A stretch of DNA of 63,602 nucleotides, counting the filler, from Neolecta irregularis DAH-3 (taxonomy: Eukaryota), in NCBI GenBank assembly GCA_001929475.1. It is 6 parts of 6 records of this genome, joined end to end, with 100 filler letters (N's around TTAATTAATTAA, not from the genome) between each part and the next. Parts side by side here need not be neighbours in the genome. Positions count along the whole stretch, not along the records: positions 1 to 23,315 come from LXFE01000156.1; positions 23,416 to 48,650 come from LXFE01002367.1; 4 more parts are not named here. The stretch is one strand, 5' to 3'. This document shows positions 23,289 to 37,500 of this stretch, piece after piece. The notes under the pieces are model-generated. The model saw only the letters and a list, made by a program, of their open reading frames with translations, was not told where the DNA came from and did no database searches. Numbering within the stretch: position 1 is the stretch's first letter; every line of letters begins with the position of its first letter. A program made the translations under genes and the position numbers.

Positions 23289-23315
23289 TGCTATTTTCGT
23301 TTGCCACATACATAT

Positions 23316-23415
23316 NNNNNNNNNNNNNNNNNNNNNNNNNNNNNNNNNNNNNNNNNNNNTTAATTAATTAANNNNNNNNNNNNNNNNNNNNNNNNNNNNN
23401 NNNNNNNNNNNNNNN
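23316..23415. other. Contig-join spacer (N..TTAATTAATTAA..N); also at 48651-48750, 51831-51930, 56947-57046, 60010-60109
   Basis: Identical 100-nt spacer containing a six-frame stop linker. Confidence 0.97.
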
Positions 23416-24872
<1,457 letters not shown>

Positions 24873-26931
24873 CTGAATATTGCTAATCAAGTTGAGAAAA
24901 AGTATTAGTAATCGGTCGTTATTGTATATATGTTTCCGTTTTCGTAAAAGTCCCGGATTATATCACCTATGTTACTTACATTGATCAACCCTGCTCGTTT
25001 CTTGTAGCGTATCAATCGATCAGTACATGGTATATTTAATATTTCCCCTAATGATAGATTATACATTTATTTGTATAATAATAGAAACCCATCAGATAAC
25101 CAATGATACTACGTGCTTCGTATGACAAATCCCAGGGGTGGTGTGGATTCGGACGGTTGTCCTCTAGATCATGTCACATTGACTTTCACTATTTCTCTCG
25201 ATTTCCTGTCTTGATCTTCAAGCTCGTCTACCGATACCTGGACTATCAAATATACCTTGGCTCAAAGCCTTATTCAGACCAATATGCTGGTATTAAGCTC
25301 TAACGTCCCGCTTCCACCGATATTAATCTGCCCCGCTATGTTGCGCAGTTTAGACGGTACCCTGTCCGAATATAATTAGATTTAACTGGATATTTAAGTT
25401 TAGTGCGGCGTAATTAGATTGTGTCCTGAAAATGACTTGAACAGAACGATGATTTTAATTACGTGACCGTTAAAGGAATACGTATTCGAGCAGAGTACCC
25501 TCTTTCAGAAACGAGGTACGCGTCCAATGATAACATTTCACATGTAACTATTAATATTCCTTTTAATAATTAGACGTGTTCACTAGTCGGTATGCCTATG
25601 TAATACTTTGAACATACATCTAACGATGATTCCAGTTAATGGTCAAAGAACATAGTCTTTCAGTTGTAGGAGGTGCTATGTCCGATGATAATATCTCACA
25701 TGTAATTAGGCTTTATTTCACATGAAATTAGGCTTTAAAGGGACAGAAAATTAATTTGGTGGAAATTTGACGCCTGATTGTGTCCAGAGCGACGATACGT
25801 ACTTGAAGTTGTTGCAGACGATGGATAGAATATTTAACTTTACAGAATAAAAACAATCCTGAAGAGAAAACTTGTAGTGGACAAGGATCGCCGATGGTTT
25901 GTCAAATTTTTATTTCAGTTTGATTTGTGAAACTTGATGTCAGCGATTTCTAATGTTCCAGGATAAATCAACTAGCTTGTCTGATACACAAACAAAATAA
26001 TCATCTATATTAGGGCGCGTGAGGGGAACTTGAATTTAGCTCGTGTATTTCAAACCGATATATACTGCTAATTAAGACAAATAACTAAACCTCCAAGACT
26101 TTGGCGAGGCAGCTCTGCAAGGCATAATTGGTTTGATTCTAGATGGTTGTTAAATAGAGCGGCATCGCACGGTCCCTGGAACTTTTATATCCGGCAGTGT
26201 CTATGCACATGTCAGAAAGACAATGTCAAACACTTAAACTCGACTAAACTTGTTTCCCATGATAAGATCTTTTGCTAGACAAGTCTGAGAAGGAATCCTA
26301 GATTTTCCGACCCCGAGATAAACCATCGGATGGTCAAACAGAGTCTCGAAGGGATCTCCACTGGTTGGTTTGCATGACTGACTTTGGTAGCAACTATATT
26401 TGCGCCAATGTGTGTAAACATACAAATCACCCTGTTGAAGATGCTGCCTAGAGACTAATCTAGAACGACCAAAACAGGGGACAGACTTAGTAGACAAGAT
26501 AATAACAATGCTATGCAAACAGACGATCATATCCAATTGTATTCATGAGTTACTATAGGCACAGCTTTACAGTAGGTGAACGAAACACAAGAAATCTAAA
26601 AACAAAACATGTGAACAACAAAACTTTTTGAAAAATGTCCGATAAAGATACAGCTTTGGGGATTGAAAGGGTTTTTTAGCACGGTGAAGACGGCCAAGAT
26701 GAATTAGAAAAGTGTAGAAGCCGTTTTCAAGGCAAATATCGATATAGACTGTAGGGTCCCTGTGTACAACATCGTCCATGGAACAACTGAAACCAAAAAT
26801 TTTTGGGCGCGGTAATTGGATATAACGAAGAACTCCAACAACTCGAAAGCATACTCGCTCCAGAACACCAAAAGAAACCGAGACGAGGAACGCCGAAACA
26901 AACGCTTTAAGAAACAAAAGGATGCATCCGA

Positions 26932-28365
26932 TTAACAGATGCCAACCCGTTCAACACTCGGCGTCGATTGTCTAGATATCGACCGGTGGGCGTGTGTTTT
27001 GTGATACTTGAGACCATTGAGATTTTTGTACTTCTTGCAGCATACATCACAGCCATAAGGACGTTCTGTATCAACGATTGGTTCTGGATGAGGAAGTGGC
27101 GAAGGACTTGACTTGCCTGAAGCCACAGGGCAGTCAGATGGTGAGGCTGCGGGCGCATTTGCAGCAGCAGCCTGCTGTGTCATGGCGTTCTGGTTGCAAG
27201 CACCATGCTAAAAGGTCAGGACATTAAGACAAGTGTCAACATACTACTCTATGGTATTTGAGTCCATTCATGTTCTTGTACGACTTGTCGCAGCCCGGAG
27301 CACCACATTTATAGGGTTTAGTCGCCGGAACATGTTGTTCTCTAGGCTGTTCCTCGGAACCATTGACGGTTAGAACGATTCCGGGGGATTGGATAACGGC
27401 CATTGAAGAACGGCGAACTCGCTTTGCGAGCCGACTCTCACCTCGGGTTTCGTTTGCAGACATCCAGTCTTCAGCTGAAGTCGGAGGACCATGTTGCATC
27501 ACGCTGCCCATCATGACATCTTCACCATCATCGGATAAAGAGCGAAGGTGGGGCGTAGGAGGAACAGAGGAGGTGGGGGTGGAACACGGCGTAGAGAAGG
27601 AGAAGACGTCCCGAGTAGCGGCGATGGGTGAGTTGTATACAGAACTGGAAGCAGAGTTGTATGAGCGTTTTCGGGAAGCAGAGGTTCTAACAACATTTGT
27701 ATCAAATGCGGTGAGTGTATCGTCATCGTCAAATGTGTCGGAAGCATATATATCGCCCATTGAGAGTAGAGCACGCCGCTTCATAGCAGCAAAGTCGATG
27801 GGCTGTTTCTCGGCATCCCAGTCAGGGGCTGTGTTGATAGGGTCTTCTTCACAGCAGACATGCTGTTCTTCATAGTGCTGAAGGAGGTCATGAAGGTCTT
27901 CAAGTGTCTTTCCGCAACAGGAGAAGTCTCGACAGAAGGAAGCCTCCAGTTTTGGCAAGTATGCGGTAGGATCGGTTTCATTGAAGTAAGAGACATATTC
28001 CGCGTGTCTAGACAGGTCAGTAAGCATCTTGGCAAACAATAGAAGATGTCGCGTGGCGCAATAAAAAGCTCAAAGTTCGGTAACAGACACGTCAGGCGGC
28101 CAGAGGAGAGAGAAATAACTCAAAGGAGAGAGTAATGTGATCTGAAGTACAACTAGGAACGATATCCCAACTTGCAAGCTCTTGAGGAAACCACCCGACC
28201 GAGAAAAAGCAGGCATCTAAAGCCGCTTGCTATACCAAACGACTGTTGAGAAAGAGAAAACAAGACTTACTCGGAGAGATATTCCTTGTGAAATGTTATG
28301 CCGAAGGAATCCTTGACAAAAGATTCGCGGCGGATCGAGGTTTCAATGGCGAGAGGGCCGGGCAT
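26932..28365 (-). CDS. SFP1: Split C2H2 zinc-finger transcription factor Sfp1 (exon 1 28271-28365; 263-nt intron 28008-28270)
   Basis: RRES motif, YLPKLEASFCRDFSCCG..LHDLLQHYEEQH, KPYKCGAPGCDKSYKNMNGLKYH, RPYGCDVCCKKYKNLNGLKYHKTH. Confidence 0.93.
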
Positions 28366-29938
28366 AGTACGCTATACGGGATATGGTACAACTGGGGCGA
28401 CGTGGGCAAGGAGAAGGCAGGCTCGGATGGGGGGCAGGTGTTTAGGGGGTGGGCAGGGTTATAGGAAGAGTCGCAGATATGGTGGGGTGCCCAGTGGGGC
28501 AGTTGGGTATTTATTATCCAAAGTTCTGGTTGAGGGTTTTGGGATGGATGATCGGGCGCCAAATGAGAGTCGGAAGTGTGCCGCAGCAAAAGTTCCAGCT
28601 TGATTGCCAAAACACCGTCAGCGCCACGCCCGGCCAATAGCTGCTCGCGAACTAAGACATCCTGTTTGTTGCGGCCTAAGAGCGTCCAAACGATTACAAG
28701 CATACATCCACGGCGCGCGCGGCAACAGGAGCGCGCCTGCGGACAGCGGCAGACCGCGGCAGACGGCAGCAGACCGCGCGGATCGCGGAGGACGGCCGGT
28801 GGAATATAAAGCGGAGGGGCATATAGGGCATGGGCAGGGGAGGGGGCTCTGTAGTTTTCTCGGGGCAGCCCCGCCTGGCTGCCCCCTTCCTGGCCTTGCT
28901 CGTTCAGCAAACACGGCCCCGGCTGCTGCTGCTGCCCCGGCTGCTGGAGAGAGGCCTCGCCCGCGACCAGCCCGGCGCTCGCGCCCCAGTAAGAGCCCGG
29001 GTCTCACACCGAGACACCGCCCACGCCACCCTTACGCGCAGTCGCATTAACTGCATGTTCCGCCGGCCGCCCCATCCGTGCGGCCGCCCAGCTGCAAATG
29101 CCTTTAAGACCGTCTGCAAGTGCCCTGGTGGCTGCCACTCGGCGGCCCGTTAATCATCAGTCTCGCAGCATCAGTGTGCCTGTCCCCCGCAGCCAGCCAG
29201 ACCCAGATCGCCCTCCCCCTTCCCCCCCCCACGTGTGTATTATCGGCATGTATCGCAGCAGGCAGCCCACTAGTCTGGAGTCCCCCCTGCTGCCTCACTG
29301 AGTCCTCCCGCCGTTCCTCGGGTCCGATTGGCCCACCCTCCAAGACAAGTACAATAAAGCTTGATATCTCAAACATTCGCCCGCTGACCTGCTGTTGGAG
29401 CACTCCTGCTGCCTGCTATCTCCAAAGCCGGTTTCCGTCCGCGGCATGTCTCGTCCCAGGTGTATATGCACCGCATATATGCATCTCCTTCTGCAGCCCA
29501 GCACAGCTTCTCATCCGCACGGTCGACTACTCCGATTTAGTCCAGCATCATGACATAAGCCCTTTCTCCAGGCTACCGCCGATAACACACCGTAAACCAC
29601 CGCCAATAGATATGACTGCATTGTTCCCCCTATCATTTTAGCCATCTTCCCCCGTTGAGACTGTATCATATTTTCACCCGTCTTTAGCTGGAGTAAACAA
29701 ATCTAATCAAGTATGAATGCTATATATCAAGTCTAGAAACACCCCTTCCCCAGAAGAATACGGGGCGGATAAATTTCCCCGTACCGATGTATCAGTCAGT
29801 TTAAGGCACAATGGAATTGTAAAGTTGTGATCAAGATCATGAACACCGAAACGCCACCACACCGCAAAAGGTCACTTGTTCCACATCTCCGTTACATCAC
29901 ACCCAACCTACACCTCCAACCACCCGCTAAATACAAAA

Positions 29939-30627
29939 ATGACTCTATACTACAGTCTTGTCTTTGTGCTTCTCATCTTCGAGATGGGAGTTTTCTGCGC
30001 ATTGATTCTCCCCATTCCTTTTACATGGAGACGAAAATTGTTCAAATTTATCTCCACATCCCCGTTAATTGCCAAACTCAAGCACGGTATGAAGGTACAA
30101 ACCCCCTACAGGTCATGATTCTGATCCTTTAGATCATGTTTATTTCTGTCTTGGTTCTATTCATCGATTCGGTCAACAGAGTGTTTAAAGTCACCGAAGA
30201 GGCTTCTCTGAATGTCGAAACTGGGGTGCGAGATTCCTATAGGACGGACATGCAAGCGCGAAAATTCTACAGCCAGAGAAACATGTACCTCTGCGGATTT
30301 ACCTTGTTCTTGAGCTTGTGAGTTGGTCTTTTTTACCAATGAGCTGATGACGGAAGAATCCTCAACAGACTCTACCTCCTCCTAAACGACGCCATTCGAT
30401 ACGAAGAGCAACTTGCCGAACTCAGAGCTCGATCCAGCGATGCTACGAAATACGCATCGATCTCTAAAGAAGTTGAAGCCTTGCGAAAAGAGCTCCATGC
30501 CAAAGATAAAGACTTTGAACGTCTTAAGCTACAAGCCGACCAAAACAACAAGAATTACGACGAACTTGTTGATAGATATGTCAAGGAAACAGGGAAGAGC
30601 ATTGCTGATATCAAAAAGGTATTGTAG
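29939..30627 (+). CDS. BAP29/BAP31 ER membrane protein (Yet3-like), 3 exons
   Basis: MTLYYSLVFVLLIFEM..LPIP, FIDSVNRV, ARKFYSQRNMYLCGFTLFLSL; C-terminal KKVL dilysine motif. Confidence 0.92.
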
Positions 30628-30690
30628 TAGGTGGCAGTATTCTGTATGAGGAATAAAGGCATAAAGATAGGCGATATATCACTGGCATTT

Positions 30691-31881
30691 CTAGAGCTTT
30701 GACTTTTCTCCCTTTGCAGGTACTTCCATGAACAGTCTCTCAGGTTCCAGGATGCACATAGGATATGGAATCCTGCCCATCAACTGAAGGCGGTGCCACG
30801 CTCCTCCGTCAACAACCTTATCATTATCAGATTGACAGAGACAAGGGCATTTACCAAGATATGTCCAGTGATAAAAGAAGCTGCTGGTGAGAATAAAAAC
30901 ACTGTCAAGTCTAAGAACCGCACATTCTAAATGAAGCAAACCCGTAGCATCCGCAATATCCTTGACCGCTCCTATTCGCTGGATAGGGATATCATTTACA
31001 AGAGATTCTCCACTCAAGCTCTTGGGCATTAAACGCATCATTCCTTCTGTTTCTCCAATAGGCCCAGGTGCAATGACATTCGATCTTAAACGTAAGCGAA
31101 TACAATGACAAGCGCTTGCCTAATTCCACGAGGTCCCAGTTCAACCGCAAGTACATTGGATAAAGCATCTAGGTTCGTCAATTGACATGCAATAACAGTA
31201 TATACCAACTCCAGCTTTTGCGGCCGAAGGATGCGCTTGGTACGGTATCTGCTTATCAGAGAGTAGGACGTCCCAAACGTACTCCGTTATAATGCAATGT
31301 AGCGGATACAAATATAATATCACCTTTCGATTCAATTAGGTAGGGCAAGGTTGCCTTGATGGTATTATATGAACCTAGTAAATCGATATCGATAACCTTT
31401 AGCATTAGTCTCTAGTTTGGATTTCTTTCAGAATACGCTCTTGAATGCGTTTGCGGACAAGTTTAGGACATCTGCCAAAAAGTTTCCCGCGGCTAGGGCA
31501 TAAATAGCGCTTACAAGAATTGATATATGCCTCCGCAAATAACGAAATCGATTCTTCCTAGTTCTTTCTTTGTTATTTGAGCGGCTTTTTCCAGTGCCTG
31601 GAAATTTCGGACGTCGGCTGAGATTCCCAAGACTCTTGAACCAGGCCTCGATTTCTGAATCTCTTTTGCGGCATCCTTGTGTGGGTATCAGAATCGGATC
31701 TCTAGAAGCTCGGATAAGATACGTCTAGAACAGTCTGTCTCCGCCCAACGATCACAGCATTAGCTCCGAGTTGAACCATAGCTTCAACTTGACCTCTACA
31801 TATTGTGCCCGCACCACCAGTGCAGAATAAAACTTTCCCTACAAAGATATCCTTTTGAAAAACGGAGTCTGTGTATTTCAT
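30691..31881 (-). CDS. SPS19: Peroxisomal 2,4-dienoyl-CoA reductase (SDR), multi-exon
   Basis: TGGAGTIC, GAAGNF, IDLLGSYNT, HPSAAKAG, SNVIAPGPI..EGM.RL; C-terminal SKL. Confidence 0.92.
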
Positions 31882-32061
31882 GGCGGAGTGTGATTTGGGG
31901 AGAATGGTCGGGAAAAAACCTCCACATGTGTTGCTCCACATGTGATGCGGGGAAATCACAGCCAAATCCTCGGCTCGTCGATACAAGAACTCAATACATC
32001 AATACAGTCTAGTACATCATGTTAAATAAAAAAGCATTCAGTATTTAAAGTAAAAGTAATA

Positions 32062-34260
32062 CTAGAGTTTACTGTTCCCAATCTTCTTATGGAACTCCAG
32101 CATTGGTTTGATATATTTCGTGAACTCCAGATTGACATCATCTTTTCTCTCGATGTTCGTAGGGTCTGCCTGAGCAGCTTTCCAGAGATTCTCATACGGA
32201 CTTTCAGATCGACTTCCCAATGCACTGTTCAACTCGTAATCCGTAAAATCGAAAGCATCTGTCAAGTGAAGAACATGCGGAGAAAGATCGTCGATACTTT
32301 TGCTAAATTGATCACGGAGTAATCGGATTTGTTCTGGGGAGACGAATTGTATTTCGAAAAGATCTGACGAGACTTCTGTCAAGTAGTGCATAGCCAGCTA
32401 ATAGGATTAGCAGTAGAAGAATATCGAAAATGTACAATTTGACTCAAGTGTTTGAGAATATTTGAGATCGCAACATCTTCGATGCTGTTTATTTTCCTGA
32501 TGAATGCATTGATAATGTAAAGTTCTGCGTGCGCTCTCGTTACACGTACACAATGCCAATTCAAGTCATTCCAATCGATGTTCTCCCGAAATTTCTCAAC
32601 AAGTTCGGCAACCAGTGATGCTGCTCTTCTTGATAGAGCTTCAATTTGAACATTGTGATCGAGCCAGTCTGTGGCTACCTTCACCTGACATCTAGCCTTG
32701 CAAAATTCCTGGGATCCCTCTTTCAGAAGGTTCAGATACGTAGAAGATCGAGGTAATAGGTAATCCTTGTTTTCGGATCCGCTTAAAACATGCTTCAGAA
32801 TTCCACGGGCTGTTTGTTGACATAGAAGATAGTTGTCACCTAAAATGCTCAAAAGTGGTCCACGATAAAGACAATTACCTTCATAAGTTTGGCTAGGCGC
32901 CGAGTTGGCAAATATATGACCGATTCCACTAAATGCACTGAAACCGTGTCCCCCCATACACTTTCTGGCTTCTTCCATGTCTCTGACACCGTCCCACGTT
33001 GAGACTGCTTTCAAGGCCGAACTCAAACTGTGAGTTTCTGCAAGCAACGAAATATCTTCTTCATTGACCAATCGATCAAGCATGGTATGATATAATTGCT
33101 TCATCTCACAGCCTGCAAATAAAATTGCATAGGCTTGAGCAAGAATGGGAAATAAACGTCGTTTTACCGAGTTGTACGTAATTACGGGTCGTTCCAGCCC
33201 ATGTTCATCGGGATTGAATTGCCTTCTGAACGAACAATACCGAATTGCAATCGTGGCAGCTCTTCCGACATCCCATCCAACGGTTTCCGGCATGATGGCT
33301 CGTAACGCGACCATACTTCCATAGCTCAATTTATCATGCTTTGCTGGCACAAACTTTCCATCAGATGTGACTTTTGAGTTTCGCGAAAGCATATACGACC
33401 GAGGGATTCGAACACGATCAAATCTCGCAAATCCGTTATCAATGCTGCCGAAGCCACCGTAAACTTTGGGGCCAATATCACCAAGTGTACATCCAGGAAG
33501 CGGTTTATGGTCATTCAATGAACGAAGAGGTACAATAAACAAATGAGGGCCAAATCCCTTGGGTTTACTATGGTCATCTGGCAGAATGAGGTTCGCCTGA
33601 ACAACTGCATGGGTGCACATATGTCCTAATCCTCCGATCCACCATTTCGAAGCCTGCAGATTCGGCGTATGAATCTCGAATTCATCTGTATGTTTCAAAT
33701 ATTTCGCTATAGTCTCAAGTCCTTGAACGTTACTTCCGTGTCCTAGCTCTGTTTGAGCGTAGCAGCCTTGATTGATTAGACTTGTACAAAATCATCGACC
33801 AAATACCCAAAATCTCATATCTCTCGCATCTAGGGATCCACTCTTTGATCTGTTCTTTTGTGCCCTGGTTCTTGATGACTGGGATAAACGCCCCTTCGTG
33901 AAGTGTGAAAGGCAGAGGATCATCCATCAATTGGCCAACATGGTGCCATTCGATTTCTGTCCAATTATGCTGATGAAGAAGCTCGAGAAGTCGTAATTGT
34001 ATTTTGAATGCTCGCTGAAGGAGCTGCTCTCTGCTTAGAAAGAATCTAAACGAGTCAAGAGCTTGGGACAGCCGAGCTATACTTGGATTGTTTGTTGAAC
34101 AGAGCCTCTGCCTCAATTATCTTGACGAGTCTATTTCGTCTCTCCCTTGCTCCATGCTGATACAAAATCTCCGAAAGCTTATCGACATCAAAGGCCAAGC
34201 AATTCATACTTTGATAGGATCAGAGAGAAGCAAAGTAAGATTAGAAGAGTCGGCAAACAT
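32062..34260 (-). CDS. POX1: Peroxisomal acyl-CoA oxidase, multi-exon
   Basis: YAQTELGHGSNV, KWWIGGLG, GDIGPK, DNGFARF, IAIRY..RRQF, GGHGFS, TYEG|DN; C-terminal SKL. Confidence 0.93.
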
Positions 34261-34546
34261 GTGGCGCAAAATAATGTTTAACCAAACAAACATAAGATGA
34301 TAATATATTATTCTGGTGACAACATTTTATTATATATGCGCCTCCCTGAACTATCTACAACGACGAAAACTTTATGTTACAATTTTCCATCTCACGACAT
34401 AAACCGCCTCCGTCTTAGGTGATGCAAAAGCAAAAAAGGAACCCCGCTTGGATAGAAAACAGCAGCGAATATAATGCAAAGAGAGGTGGGTGTGGGTACT
34501 TGAATACTCGTAAAAAGGACTGTATAGGGGGTATCGGATACAAGAC

Positions 34547-37500
34547 TCAACGGGAATATTCCTCAACTGATCGGGGCCTGAGGGTATATTGAAGGGTTGA
34601 AAACAATTTCTCGAGCTAAGTGTTAATTAAAAGGGTTATAGAGAGGATTACCTCTGGAGTAGATTTGGTGAAGGGAAGTTTCCAGAAGTTGTAGGATTCG
34701 TTTTTGAGAAGCTCGGTAAAGGTAATCAAAAGGCCCCATGGATGCGGTCGATTACAAATTAGTCGCTCAAGGAGGACACTAAGTTTAGGATAAGTTTATA
34801 ACAGAATACAAACCGAGTGATTTGCTCTCGAGCGTAGATGTCGTCTGTATTGCTGTTGGTGGTGGAGAAGAGAGTTAATAATATACAGACGGCGCAGTAA
34901 GTATGACTATTCGGGAATCGGAGTTGATCGGTGACAGCAGAGAGAAAGATGAACCGACCTAAAGAGTTAATGAGCAGGAATTGAATCGGGGGAATGCCTT
35001 CAGGATCAAGCTCGTTGTAAAATGTCTGCAGGAGAGTGAGGGGTGGGGATTGCCATTTTGGCCTTTTGAGGAAATTTCCTAATAAAAGATTCTCGTTCTT
35101 GGCGTGTTGTTCAATCTTCATAATGGAATAAAGAACCAAGGCATTAATGAGAGTGACATCGTGCTTGGGGCTTTGCCAGGGCTTTGAATGTTCAGGGATC
35201 GGTTCACGTGCCCTTTTCAGGAATTGTCTAGCAGTCTCAGTTGAGGAAGAGGCTGTCCCAGGCGCAGTAAGAAAATTCTCAAGATCCTTGATATCAATTC
35301 CGCGACTCTTAAAGATGGCTTCGAAATCGGCGGCGATCGGAGGAGCTTGTGAAATCTCTGGCAAGCGATCCACTTTAAAGCCAGGTTGAAACGGGTCCGG
35401 GAGATTCGAATTTCTCGCGTAAGAGCTCAGGATAATGTTTCGAAGTTGTACACATTTCATTGAAAGGGGTTCACACAGGGAGAAATGATTTGAGAACACA
35501 AAATCAGGGAAATCGTAAACCAGGACCATGAATAATCGAATCACTCCAGTGTAAAAGGCTTTAATCGCTTCGTCTAGAGGTGATCCGCTCTCTGCGATTT
35601 TTTCAGAAAGATATTGTAAAAGAATTTGCAAAAGCTTGAGGTACTCTTTTTGCCGCTATATATGTTATCTGCAGCTCTTGGATGGTAACTTACATTGGGA
35701 TGATTGCTGTCGAGCATCTTCGGCATGTAGCTTCTATGTGTAATTGCCTGTACCCAGCCAAATGAGTTGCCAGGCAAAAGGTGTGGTTCCATCCAGAGGA
35801 AGGCCTGGGTGATGGGTCCATAAACGTCAATGTTCCGTGCTTCAAGCTCCCTCTCGTGAACTGAAAAATCATGCAACAGAGTACTGAAGAACCGGAAGAT
35901 CGCGCGTTGATGAAACATATCATCCCGAGTCTCGTGAAAATTAATACTAACATAAACGGTAATTGCCAAAATTCTTTGAAGATAGGGCGGTTCGGATTCT
36001 GCTTCTTGGTTGTTGTCGGATTCGCCATGAAATCTTACCAAACAGGCGATCATCTTAGCGTAGTTGTCAATGAACACGAAGGATTGAGCTGTGAATGATT
36101 GTTTCACGAAAAATTCGAGACTATACTGGAAGGCATTTCGGAGAAACATCGTTGCCATATTGACATCTGTAATAATCTTGGTTTGTTGCAACTGATAGAC
36201 GAAAGCCAAAAGTGGAGTATCGTTGTGTTCACGGACGGAGCGTTGTACACACTTATTCCAATCTGTAACGAATAGGTGAAGGAGTTTGTCTTTATCGTCA
36301 TCTGGTTGTTCTTGCGAGAGAGAGTTTTCGCCATTATCGGATCGAAATGTTCCAACGACTTCGCTAACGAGAGGGTGTGTATCTTCTCGCTCGGTGACTC
36401 CTTCGAGAGCTTCAATAGTATTAGCAAACTGAATTCGTGTGACAATGGCCCGAGGCCCAAGGACGAGAATCTGAAGCAACTCAGCGGCAAACAAGACAAA
36501 ATGGCGGCTTCGAGTCTGGACAGCCCTTGCAAGACTGATATCGAGATCAGGCAGACTGATCAGGGTGGTATTGACTAACGTCGAAATAACTGGAGCATCA
36601 AGTTTTCGCTGAAATCAGCCTTTCGCTTGTAACGGATTAAACCTCATCACTCAAGTCCAAAAGCCAAATCTGAACTTCTCTGCCAACTCTTGGCGCAATT
36701 TCGCAAAATTTTGTCAAGAGATCCGCATAAGCCTCACGTGCTAGCGGAATTTCGCTACTTTTAAACAATTTCGTACAGGCTTGCTGACAGACAGTAAGCA
36801 TGTAATCATCTCTCTGTGTTCGTGCGACCAAATCCTTGGCGAATTGAACAATCTGCTGAACTTGCTGAGGCAATTCGTGCTCGAGAGGAAGGTGGAAGTA
36901 AGAACGACCAGTATCCGGGATTTCCTTCGCAAACTTCTGGAATTCAGCAACAACATTCTAGGTTATTAGAACCACAACAGGAAGTACACATACAGTAAGA
37001 CGTTCGATGGAAGCTTCAATAGTCGCAGCGGGTAATCGTTGCTCATATGCGGAGGTTGTGGGTCCGCCGAAAGCAGCAACTTCATTAGCCATTTCCATTG
37101 AAGCATTCAAGCGAGCTTGTTCGTTAGTGATTTTAGCAGCAATCGCTGCATTGCCCATATCTGCAAATTTGTCGTACAAAGATAACTGGACAGCTGTTAA
37201 ACCTCCAGATGCAAGCCTCAATGGTAATGGCAAGCTCATGGCATACTGCGAAGCGGCTGAATCAAAGAACGGTTTACCGGTTTTTGCCTCTCGGTGTCTT
37301 CGTCTTCGGTGGTATGCAGAAGTAAGAGCGTCGTCGATATCTTTAACAGCTTTGCTTTGCGCAACCTTCCTGATCACATTGCAAATTAAATCGATATTGT
37401 CGTTAATGATTCTACTGACTGCATTCTCTGGGACTGTTTCCTCGTGGACCCCATCGTTTGAAAGAAGAAGTTTGAAATTATTTCCAAGATTGATCTTCAA

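Noticed and set aside
23316-23415. Recurrent TTAATTAATTAA palindrome flanked by Ns (5 copies)
   Set aside because: Artificial six-frame-stop linker used to join contigs.
28246-29641. Many overlapping ORFs on both strands
   Set aside because: Expected from stop-codon scarcity in GC-rich promoter DNA; no protein motifs.
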